Assembly (NCBI GenBank): GCA_033808695.1
Contig: JAPXND010000001.1
Span: 20,855-52,897 of the forward strand
DNA: 32,043 bases
From: Armatimonadota bacterium
GTDB taxonomy: Bacteria > Armatimonadota > UBA5829 > DTJY01
Direction of reading: 5' to 3'
Shown here: one piece after another, positions 17,130 through 25,705 of the stretch
Layout of the letters: every line of letters starts with the position of its first letter
Numbering within the stretch: the first letter of the stretch is position 1
Made by a program: the position numbers and the translations under genes
Notes under the pieces: generated by a model
Databases searched by the model: none
Told to the model about the DNA's origin: nothing
What the model saw: the letters and a program-made list of their open reading frames with translations, nothing else

Positions 17130-19022
17130 ATGAAGAATATCATCATAGGAACTGCCGGGCATGTTGACCATGGCAAAACAACTTTGATTAAGATGCTTAC
17201 GGGAATAAATACAGACAGGCTGCAGGAAGAGCAAGAGCGCGGCATGACAATTGATATAGGTTTTGCATATCTTACGCTTCCAAATGGACAGAAGGTAAGC
17301 ATAATAGATGTACCTGGCCATGAACGGTTCATCAAGAACATGCTTGCCGGCGCCGGAGGTGTGGACGCTGCACTTTTAGTGATTGCTGCAGATGAATCAG
17401 TTATGCCTCAGACTATTGAGCATATGGAGATTCTTAGCCTGCTTGAGATTAAGCGTGGAGTAATTGCTTTAACTAAAGCTGATATGGTTGATGAAGAATG
17501 GTTAGCATTAGCAAAACAAGATGTGCGTAAAGCAATGAGTAAAACCTTTTTGGCGGATGCACCTATAATCTCTGTTTCCGGAACAACAGGTATGGGATGC
17601 CAGGAACTGCTTTATGCCTTACAGGATATGGTATCGGAAATTGAGCAAAGGGAATCGTTTGGAGATTTTCGTCTGCCAATAGATAGAGTATTCACGCTTA
17701 CAGGATTTGGCACAGTTGTAACAGGCACCCTTGCCTCCGGTACCATGACAACCGGTGATGCTGTGGATATTATGCCAAAGGGTTTGAAATCACGGATAAG
17801 GCAATTACAGGTGCATGGAAAGAAAGTTGAATCTGTACAAGCCGGCGCACGAGCAGCAGTTAATCTTGCAGGGCTTGAAGTTGATGATCTTTCACGTGGT
17901 GATGTATGTGCATCGCCAGGTTCACTGCAGCCATCACAATTATTTGATCTCAAACTCAATCTGCTTCCAAATGCATCAAAGCCATTGCGAAACAGAACCA
18001 GAATTCGCTTTTATGTTGGCACATCTGAGCTGTTGGGCAGAATAGTTTTGCTTGATAGAGATAAACTATCGCCGGGTGATACATGTTATGCTCAATTTGT
18101 GTCGGAGACAATGGCAGTATGTGCAAAGAAAGATCGGTTTGTTATACGCTCCTATTCACCAATGACTACTATAGGCGGCGGAGTGGTAATAGATTCCAAT
18201 CCTAAAAAGCATAAGAAGCTTAATGATGAGCTGCTTGCAAGCTTGGATGCTGCAGATAGAGGAACTCCCAAAGAATTGATGGAAGAAAAAATAAAATCCT
18301 CTGTATTTGCAGCTGCACAATCTTTGATTAAGGATAATGTTGATATAGATGACGCCCGCCAAATCATTGAATCTCTTATAGACGAAGGAAGGGTCATCAA
18401 GCTTGGTGATGATTATGTTGTCCATATCTCTGTATACACAGGCTGCAAAGCAAGAATTATGGATTTCGTGAGTAAATTCCATGAGAAAAACCCGCTTAAA
18501 GCGGGCATTCCACCTGAACAGATACGTTCATCGGTAATGAAACAGCTTGATAACAGGCAATTCAATCTTATACTCAATCAATTGCTGCAAAACGATGATA
18601 TAAGGTCTTTTGGAAATCTTGTAAGTGAGAAAGAATTCAGTCCGATATTTACATCGAAACAGAAACAATTTGCAGATGATTTGACAAAGACTTTGATGGA
18701 ATCAGGAATTAATGTGCCATCGATATCAGATATTATCGGCAAAACAGAAATTCCGCCAAATGAGGCAAAAGAAATAGTAGAGCTATTATCTGTTAGAAAT
18801 GAAATTACAAAGATTAATGATGATATATACCTTCACAGCAGAGTTGTAGAAAGGTTAAAGACTGTGATTTTAAATCACCTTGAATCAAATGAAAGCATAA
18901 CTGTAAGCCAATTTCGGGATATTACAAATTCCAGCAGGAAGTATGCACTTCCCATACTGGAATATTTCGATTCTATTCGCTTTACTCGAAGGGTTGGTGA
19001 CAAACGAAAACTGATAATTTAA
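17130..19022 (+). CDS. selB: Selenocysteine-specific translation elongation factor
   Basis: The 630-aa protein has a GTPase domain (GHVDHGKTTL, DVPGHERF, TKAD) followed by the long winged-helix C-terminal extension characteristic of bacterial SelB. A GAGG Shine-Dalgarno precedes the start. Confidence 0.9.
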   Translation: MKNIIIGTAGHVDHGKTTLIKMLTGINTDRLQEEQERGMTIDIGFAYLTLPNGQKVSIIDVPGHERFIKNMLAGAGGVDAALLVIAADESVMPQTIEHMEILSLLEIKRGVIALTKADMVDEEWLALAKQDVRKAMSKTFLADAPIISVSGTTGMGCQELLYALQDMVSEIEQRESFGDFRLPIDRVFTLTGFGTVVTGTLASGTMTTGDAVDIMPKGLKSRIRQLQVHGKKVESVQAGARAAVNLAGLEVDDLSRGDVCASPGSLQPSQLFDLKLNLLPNASKPLRNRTRIRFYVGTSELLGRIVLLDRDKLSPGDTCYAQFVSETMAVCAKKDRFVIRSYSPMTTIGGGVVIDSNPKKHKKLNDELLASLDAADRGTPKELMEEKIKSSVFAAAQSLIKDNVDIDDARQIIESLIDEGRVIKLGDDYVVHISVYTGCKARIMDFVSKFHEKNPLKAGIPPEQIRSSVMKQLDNRQFNLILNQLLQNDDIRSFGNLVSEKEFSPIFTSKQKQFADDLTKTLMESGINVPSISDIIGKTEIPPNEAKEIVELLSVRNEITKINDDIYLHSRVVERLKTVILNHLESNESITVSQFRDITNSSRKYALPILEYFDSIRFTRRVGDKRKLII

Positions 19023-19102
19023 TGATCTTTTTATTCAACATCAAGCATTACTTATGTTATACTATATATAGCATGTAATTTTTATTTACAGGAGGATAAT
19101 AA

Positions 19103-20527
19103 ATGCCCGCAGCACCAAGTCCTAATTTTAGGATCAAGATTAGAGTTAAATATAAAAACACACCGGAAATGTTTTTATCAATAGTAGAAGCAATAACAAA
19201 AACTGGCGGAAGCATAGAATCTACAAATGTTGTTAGTATTGAACTTAATGATATAATTCGTGACATTATCATAGACAATTCATCTTATGAAAATGCACAT
19301 TCGGCAGCAGAATCGGTAAAAAGTCTCTCTGGAATTGAAGTTATAGATGTATGCGACAGTATTTTTGAAATGCACACAGGAGGAAAGATAGAGATTAAGT
19401 GCAAATCTCCACTTATTTCAAGAGATGACCTTTCTATGGCATACACTCCGGGAGTAGCAAGAGTGTCTAAGGCGCTTGCTGAAAATCCATCTCTGGGGCA
19501 TACCTATACAATCCGCCGCAACATGATAGCTGTTGTTTCCGACGGCAGCGCTGTTCTTGGATTGGGAAATATTGGCCCGCTTGGAGCAATGCCCGTAATG
19601 GAAGGCAAAGCGATGCTGTTTAAGGAGTTTGGAGGAGTTGATGCATTTCCGATCTGCCTTGATACGCAGGATTCGGATGAGATAGTTTCTATTGTGAAAG
19701 CATTGTCTCCAGTATTCGGCGGAATAAATCTGGAGGATATATCTGCTCCAAGGTGTTTTGACATTGAAGAAAGATTGATTAAAGAGCTTGATATTCCAGT
19801 ATTCCATGATGATCAGCATGGCACGGCAGCAGTTGTTCTTGCAGCATTGATAAATGCATCTAAGATTGTTGGGAAAAAAATTGAAGAAATGACAGCCGTA
19901 GTCAGTGGAGCTGGTGCAGCAGGTATTGCATGCACAAAAGCGCTTATGGCAATGGGCATAGCAGATATTATAGTCTGTGACACCAAAGGTTCTATTTACG
20001 ATGGACGTAAAGAAGGGATGAATTCCGCAAAAGAATATCTTGCCAAAAAAACCAACAAGAATGTTAAAGTCGGTTCATTGAAAGACTGCCTGACTGGTGC
20101 AGATTTGCTTCTCGGCGTTTCCGGTCCCGGATTGTTGAATGGCGAAGACTTAAAGGTTATGGCTGAAGACGCAATTGTATTCGCTTTATCCAACCCTATA
20201 CCAGAGGTAATGCCGGAGGAAGCCATGCCATACATAAAAGTCATGGCAACAGGACGATCGGATTATCCTAACCAGATAAACAATGTTCTTTGCTTCCCGG
20301 GATTATTCCGAGGGTTATTAGATTCCGGAGCTGTAAAAGTAACTGGAGAAATGGTAGTGGCAGCTGGCAAAGCAATAGCTGCTCAGGTGGCTCCCAACGA
20401 GCTGTCGGTTGATTATATCATTCCAAGTGTTTTCAATAAGAAGGTAGCGCCTGCAGTTGCAGAAGCCGTCAGCAACACAGCAATAGATTCGGGACTTATA
20501 AGGGAATATGTGCAGAAAGAGTTCTGA
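19103..20527 (+). CDS. NAD(P)-dependent malic enzyme (oxaloacetate-decarboxylating) with an N-terminal ACT-like domain
   Basis: AGGAGG is upstream. The protein has a malic-enzyme N-terminal domain and a Rossmann domain (VVSGAGAAGIA) typical of short-form malic enzymes, preceded by a regulatory-domain-like segment of about 75 aa. Confidence 0.9.
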   Translation: MPAAPSPNFRIKIRVKYKNTPEMFLSIVEAITKTGGSIESTNVVSIELNDIIRDIIIDNSSYENAHSAAESVKSLSGIEVIDVCDSIFEMHTGGKIEIKCKSPLISRDDLSMAYTPGVARVSKALAENPSLGHTYTIRRNMIAVVSDGSAVLGLGNIGPLGAMPVMEGKAMLFKEFGGVDAFPICLDTQDSDEIVSIVKALSPVFGGINLEDISAPRCFDIEERLIKELDIPVFHDDQHGTAAVVLAALINASKIVGKKIEEMTAVVSGAGAAGIACTKALMAMGIADIIVCDTKGSIYDGRKEGMNSAKEYLAKKTNKNVKVGSLKDCLTGADLLLGVSGPGLLNGEDLKVMAEDAIVFALSNPIPEVMPEEAMPYIKVMATGRSDYPNQINNVLCFPGLFRGLLDSGAVKVTGEMVVAAGKAIAAQVAPNELSVDYIIPSVFNKKVAPAVAEAVSNTAIDSGLIREYVQKEF

Positions 20528-21676
20528 TTAATAATAGAACAGTTCAACTTCTTTCTCCATAGAACGGAGTTGAACTGTCAAATCTTCTACTACTGTTCTG
20601 CGGAGGAACAATGAATCGGGAAGACCGGTGTTTTGATGCGCGGGATTTCTTGCAGTGCCTACCATGAAAGTAATTCCATCAGCATTAATCAAATGCTCCA
20701 GAAGTGCAGTTGCTGCATTTCTTGTTTGTTCCGGGATGCCATTTTTCAAATATTCAGCTGCTCTGCTCAATGTCAGAATACCTTCCGTTACTAAATCGAC
20801 TCCTTTTAAATAGGCAATGGGAGGCAGATCAGAATCCAGATATGATTCATCCATCTCCAAATCCTGTTTTAGGTAATCTGCTACCAAATGTGATGTTGTT
20901 CCGCCGCATACTATTTTTGAATTTTCGTGCAACATGAAATCTCTCAACATTATTGGAACAATACTCCGCTCACTTGGAGGTCCTGTAAGTACCGTAACAA
21001 GCTTAGCTTTACGATACTTTACACAAAGAACGGTGCCGTCATCGCCAGGACTGTTCTTCCAGTATTCAAGCGCCTGGTCAGCTATTTTAGCAGCAAGCAG
21101 CTTGCAATCACCATGCGTGGATGGGGCATTAGCAGTAACAAATTCAAATATACCCTCTTCCTGCCAGCCCATCGCAAGTCCTGCACCAACACCTGCATAA
21201 ACAATTCCATCAGAATACATTACAATGGAATCTCCAGCTTGCATTCTGAAATACGATTCACGGATAGTTTTGCCTACTACATCAAGTTCATTGCTGGGTA
21301 TAACTTCCGGTTTTCTTCCATCTCTGAGCATTATAAAACTTGGAGAATCGTATTCGGCAATAGCAACCTGACCGGTATCATAAATACGTGCAATGGAAAA
21401 TGTGGAATAAGCAATATTGCGCCATTTGCAAACAGGGAGAGTAGCAATAAGTGATTCAGCTATTTCATGAAGAGAGAGATCACCCTGAAAAAGTCCGCCT
21501 GTGATTTCAACTGTAAGAGTAGCAAGCACATTAGCTTTCACACCGCTGCCTAATCCGTCTGACACAACAATGATGGTAGAATCGGGTGTGCGAACTACTT
21601 TGTATGCATCGCCGCATATATCTTCGCCCTTTTTATAAAACTGGCGAGTTGAAACATCCACAGCATATTTCTTCAT
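20528..21676 (-). CDS. SpoIIE/PP2C-family serine phosphatase with a ~170-aa C-terminal domain of unknown function
   Basis: The N-terminal ~200 aa has PP2C hallmarks (GDAYKV...IIVVSDGLGSGVKANV...MYSDGIV). Its start codon overlaps the stop of the upstream sensory hydrogenase gene (TAATG). Confidence 0.75.
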   Translation of the reverse strand: MKKYAVDVSTRQFYKKGEDICGDAYKVVRTPDSTIIVVSDGLGSGVKANVLATLTVEITGGLFQGDLSLHEIAESLIATLPVCKWRNIAYSTFSIARIYDTGQVAIAEYDSPSFIMLRDGRKPEVIPSNELDVVGKTIRESYFRMQAGDSIVMYSDGIVYAGVGAGLAMGWQEEGIFEFVTANAPSTHGDCKLLAAKIADQALEYWKNSPGDDGTVLCVKYRKAKLVTVLTGPPSERSIVPIMLRDFMLHENSKIVCGGTTSHLVADYLKQDLEMDESYLDSDLPPIAYLKGVDLVTEGILTLSRAAEYLKNGIPEQTRNAATALLEHLINADGITFMVGTARNPAHQNTGLPDSLFLRRTVVEDLTVQLRSMEKEVELFYY

Positions 21677-23403
21677 TAAGAAACATCCTCTGATTCTTTT
21701 ATTAAAGAAGCTAATTTATGCAAAAGTATTCTGGTTTCGCTTGTTGTTTCTCCAAGTATACCGGCAATCTCCTGCGCCATCCTCATCTGCTTTTCTATAA
21801 CCTGTTGTGCATTTTCCAGTGTTTCATCTCTAATCTGATCAAACCTGCTCAATCCTTCGGTAGATCTATTTACGTTAGACAAGATTCCAACAACAAGTTC
21901 TTCATCTTCCAACCTATACACATTAAGGCTGCCGCTTACATGATAATTTGGATAAGAAACAGTTTTGTTAGTTACTCTATCAATGGCTCTTGCCATAACT
22001 TTCTCAAAATCTTCAGGATCCATTAATGTTGAAAGCGGTTTGCGGATTATGCCCGGTGTGCATGAAAATATTGCTGCAAAAGAGGGATTGAATTCCACAA
22101 TTCTCATTGAGGAATCAACAATTACTATGGCATTAGGACTTGCATCAATAATCTGCAAGGCTTTCCGCTCTGCAACTTTACGCATCCATGGTATACACAT
22201 ATCGGCTTCTGCCATACCAGTAAGCACTGCTATTGCTTTATCTCTGCATGAACTATAGCCGCATGCACCGCAATTCAACTCATCTTCCGGGGAGAACTTA
22301 CCCGTTTTTGCCATTGTTTCTCTTATTAACTGCTCGCTGAACTCCTGCATATGTATTTCGTGCGGGCTGAATTCACGACGCAGGTTTACATGTTCCATGG
22401 CAGATAGAATTTGTAGTTCTGTAGATTTCTTTTGAGTGCGCTTTTCATGCTGAATGATACGGTTTCTGCGATAAAACACATCTCTGCCATCACCAAAACA
22501 TGGTCCGTTTATGCATCCTGAGGGACATAAGAGAGCTTCAAACAGTTGGATTGTGCTGCCACTTTTTAAGTTGTCTAACATCTCATATACTTCTTCACTG
22601 CCGGATACAACAGCAAAATCCTGCCTTAGCAGGTCTGGGTGCATTGAAGCAGCTTTTGCAAGTCCACCTTCTAATGGAAAAAGTCTTGCTTGAGAAGCCG
22701 GTATATCATCCATGTCAATAGCTCTAAGCTGATCTTTCTTTATATTTTCTTCTTCTATCCATATACGAAGCTCTTCAAAAGTTAGAACTGCATCTACAAT
22801 ACCCTGCAATTCAGGTTCTTCAGCTTCACCCTTTTTTGCAGCACAAGGACCGATGAAAATAACTTTAGAATTTTCCCCGTAAACATTTTTAAGATAACGA
22901 GCATGAGCAATCATTGGTGAGACTATTGGAGTTATTTTATCTACTGCCCAGGGGTTATACTTAACAATGAGATTTGTTATTGCCGGGCAAGCCGATGTAA
23001 CATGAGAGTGCGGTTCTTCATCCAAAAGTCTGGCAGTATCTCTTGCAACCATTTCCGCGCCAACAGCTGTTTCGGTTACCATTGTAAAACCAAGCTTTTT
23101 GAGGAGAGATGCAAACAGACCGCCGCCATAATCTGGGAATGCTGATACATAAGAAGGAGCAACAGAGGCTATAATCTGCCCAGCGTTTTTAATAATATCT
23201 TTAACAGATGTAAGATCGGATCTTACTTGCTTTGCTTGCTGAGGGCACTCTCTAACACAAGTTCCGCATACAATACATCTGCTGGAGTCAACCTGAGCTT
23301 GTCCATCAGAAAGCCTGATGGCTTTTACCGGACATACTCTAACGCATCTGTAACAGTCTCTGCATCTGGCTTTATTTGTTGTTATTATCCCCTGGTTCGG
23401 CAT
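21676..23403 (-). CDS. hydS: Sensory [FeFe]-hydrogenase homologue (HydS/HfsB-like): two 4Fe-4S domains, an H-cluster domain, an extra Cys cluster and a C-terminal PAS domain
   Basis: The N-terminus has CRDCYRCVRVCP and CIVCGTCVRECP ferredoxin motifs. The H-domain shows variant motifs TSACPAI (L1), GPCAAKKGE (L2) and CPSGCINGPC (L3). It is followed by CGACGYSSC and a PAS-like segment (IIDASPNAIVIVDSSMRIVEFNPSFAAIF). The start is probably M3 at 23403, behind GGTGG. Confidence 0.8.
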   Translation of the reverse strand: MPNQGIITTNKARCRDCYRCVRVCPVKAIRLSDGQAQVDSSRCIVCGTCVRECPQQAKQVRSDLTSVKDIIKNAGQIIASVAPSYVSAFPDYGGGLFASLLKKLGFTMVTETAVGAEMVARDTARLLDEEPHSHVTSACPAITNLIVKYNPWAVDKITPIVSPMIAHARYLKNVYGENSKVIFIGPCAAKKGEAEEPELQGIVDAVLTFEELRIWIEEENIKKDQLRAIDMDDIPASQARLFPLEGGLAKAASMHPDLLRQDFAVVSGSEEVYEMLDNLKSGSTIQLFEALLCPSGCINGPCFGDGRDVFYRRNRIIQHEKRTQKKSTELQILSAMEHVNLRREFSPHEIHMQEFSEQLIRETMAKTGKFSPEDELNCGACGYSSCRDKAIAVLTGMAEADMCIPWMRKVAERKALQIIDASPNAIVIVDSSMRIVEFNPSFAAIFSCTPGIIRKPLSTLMDPEDFEKVMARAIDRVTNKTVSYPNYHVSGSLNVYRLEDEELVVGILSNVNRSTEGLSRFDQIRDETLENAQQVIEKQMRMAQEIAGILGETTSETRILLHKLASLIKESEDVS

Positions 23404-23653
23404 AATCATCCACCCTTGGTAAAATCTGAGTATTGAAAAACTCTTCGGCCTTATCCGGAGTTACTCCACCATAAACCTTACCATGGATAACAACATTGGG
23501 CGCCTGGATGCAATTATCAAGACAAAGGTCTGCCACAAGACTAACAGATCCCACAAGGCTGTTTTCTTCAATGAGAGCTCTGAAGATCTTTAATGTTTTT
23601 GCTCCACCTCTTATATGGCATGAGCTGTCGAGGCAGACCTTTATCTCTAACAT
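23372..23653 (-). CDS. Standalone thioredoxin-like [2Fe-2S] ferredoxin (NuoE-fold), HfsA-like
   Basis: The 93-aa protein has CLDSSC...CLDNC and the tail GKVYGGVTPDKAEEFF, which is paralogous to the HydA C-terminal domain (IYGEVTPDKVDQFF) and to HydC. It overlaps the hydS start by about 30 nt. Confidence 0.7.
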   Translation of the reverse strand: MLEIKVCLDSSCHIRGGAKTLKIFRALIEENSLVGSVSLVADLCLDNCIQAPNVVIHGKVYGGVTPDKAEEFFNTQILPRVDDYAEPGDNNNK

Positions 23654-23656
23654 CTG

Positions 23657-25693
23657 TTATGACCCAACTTTCTCCACTTCGGGAGTTTTCTGAGCTGCCG
23701 GTAATATGGTTTCGTTGAAGAATTGATCAACTTTGTCTGGAGTCACTTCACCGTAGATTGTGTCTCCAACCATAACATTAGGACTCTTTTTGCATTTTTC
23801 AAAGCAGAATGTCGCTTTGAAATCAAGTTTATCAGAAACGCCGGCCTTTCTTGCCATCTCAGCAAGCTTAGTTAGTGTATCATAAGAGCCTCTAAGATAG
23901 CAATTAGTTCCTACGCAAACAGACACAGGAGTTTTTTCTATTGTTGGTTTTACTTCAGATAGTTGAACTTTTTCACCAGCAATACGTTTTCTTGGTTTGT
24001 AGCTTGTATGAAGCAACTTATGAGCTATAGGACTGTTTGGTTCCTGCAGGAACGTTGAATAGATTTCCTTAACATATGGATTGTCAGCCGCATTGTGAAG
24101 GGTTTGAATTGCATCACAATCATACATTATATCTTTTCTTTGCAGCCTTACATCCATATCGTTTGGCAATGGCTGTCCGCCACCGCCAACACATCCACCT
24201 CTGCAAGCCATTATCTCAACCAGGTCATAATCGGCTTCACCCGACTTGATTCGCTCCATTACTTCACGAGCATTTGCAAGTCCGCTTACAATTGCAAACT
24301 TCAAGGTTTTACCATCTAGTTCTACAGAAGCTTCTTTAATTCCTTCTAAACCTCTAACATCATGAAATTCAACAAATTTGTCACTCTTGGTAGAGGCTGC
24401 AACAGCCATTCTCAGCGCTGCTTCTGCAACTCCTCCGCTTGCACCAAAGATAATGCCTGCACCGGTTTTAAACCCAAATGGAAGATCCATTGAATCTGGT
24501 GGAAGCTCTGAAAGCTTAAGTCCCGCCTGATCGATCATTTTGATTAGTTCCTGACTTGTAAGAACTACATCTACGTCAGGGTTGCCATCAACCTGGAATT
24601 CCGGTCTTTGGGCTTCAAATTTCTTTGCTGTACATGGCATTATCGATACTAGGAACATATCTTCTCTTTTGATTCCCATTTTTTCTGTAAGATATTTTTT
24701 CACTAGTGAGCCAAACATCTGCTGAGGGCTTTTACAGGTTGACAGGTTCTGAAGATAATCTGGATAGAACTGTTCTGCATACTTTACCCATGCCGGGCAG
24801 CAGCTTGTAAACTGCGGAAGTTTCTTGTCTTCTGCAACACGTCCAAGGAATTCTGTTGCTTCTTCAACTGTTGTGAGATCGGCTGTAAAGCTTGTGTCAA
24901 ACACTTTATCGAATCCCATTCTTCTGAGGGCGGTAACAACTTTACCCATAGCATGTTCGCCGCCAGCGATTCCATATTGAACTGCAATTGCAGATCTTAC
25001 AGCTGGTGCAATTTGAACAACAACTGTTTTCTTTTCATCAAGAATTGCATTCCATACATCATCAATGGCGCTTTTTACTGTAAGTGCACCTGTTGGACAA
25101 ACTGTTGCACACTGTCCACAGAAAACGCATTCAACTTCTTTGAGTTCTTTTTTGAATGCAGGTGTAACTTGAACATCACTGCCGCGACCGGCAAAATCCA
25201 GAACACCGATTCCCTGTATTTCTTTGCACATACGAACACAGTCGCCGCATAGTATGCATTTGTTGGGGTCTCTTACCAGTGACTGATTGCTTGTTTCTAT
25301 TGGAAGGACCTCGTGTGTTTCATCAAACCTTACAGTTTTAATTCCAAGTTTTTCGGCCAATTCCTGGAGCCTGCAATTCATATTTTTTTCGCATGTCTGG
25401 CATTTACCATGGTGATTTGCAAGCAGCAATTCCAGAGCCATTTTACGAATACGCATTGTTGCATGTGTATTTGTACTAACAACCATGCCGTCTTCCGGCG
25501 GAGTTGAGCATGCAGCCTGAAGGCCTCTGCCCTCTATTTCTACTATACACATTCTGCAGGCGCCGTATACAGATAATTCTGAATTGTAGCAGAATGTAGG
25601 AAGATCAACTCCTGAAGCTCGTATAACTTCCAAGAGATTTTTTTTATCATTTATGGGAGTTTTTACTCCATCTATAGTTACATAACCACTCAT
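23657..25693 (-). CDS. hydA: [FeFe]-hydrogenase catalytic subunit of an NADH-dependent / electron-bifurcating type enzyme
   Basis: The 678-aa protein has a 2Fe-2S domain, then two 4Fe-4S domains, then the H-cluster motifs FTSCCPAWV (L1), MPCTAKKFE (L2) and EIMACRGGCVGGGGQP (L3). A thioredoxin-like [2Fe-2S] domain is fused at the C-terminus. Confidence 0.9.
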   Translation of the reverse strand: MSGYVTIDGVKTPINDKKNLLEVIRASGVDLPTFCYNSELSVYGACRMCIVEIEGRGLQAACSTPPEDGMVVSTNTHATMRIRKMALELLLANHHGKCQTCEKNMNCRLQELAEKLGIKTVRFDETHEVLPIETSNQSLVRDPNKCILCGDCVRMCKEIQGIGVLDFAGRGSDVQVTPAFKKELKEVECVFCGQCATVCPTGALTVKSAIDDVWNAILDEKKTVVVQIAPAVRSAIAVQYGIAGGEHAMGKVVTALRRMGFDKVFDTSFTADLTTVEEATEFLGRVAEDKKLPQFTSCCPAWVKYAEQFYPDYLQNLSTCKSPQQMFGSLVKKYLTEKMGIKREDMFLVSIMPCTAKKFEAQRPEFQVDGNPDVDVVLTSQELIKMIDQAGLKLSELPPDSMDLPFGFKTGAGIIFGASGGVAEAALRMAVAASTKSDKFVEFHDVRGLEGIKEASVELDGKTLKFAIVSGLANAREVMERIKSGEADYDLVEIMACRGGCVGGGGQPLPNDMDVRLQRKDIMYDCDAIQTLHNAADNPYVKEIYSTFLQEPNSPIAHKLLHTSYKPRKRIAGEKVQLSEVKPTIEKTPVSVCVGTNCYLRGSYDTLTKLAEMARKAGVSDKLDFKATFCFEKCKKSPNVMVGDTIYGEVTPDKVDQFFNETILPAAQKTPEVEKVGS

Positions 25694-25705
25694 ATTTAAT
25701 GCTCC

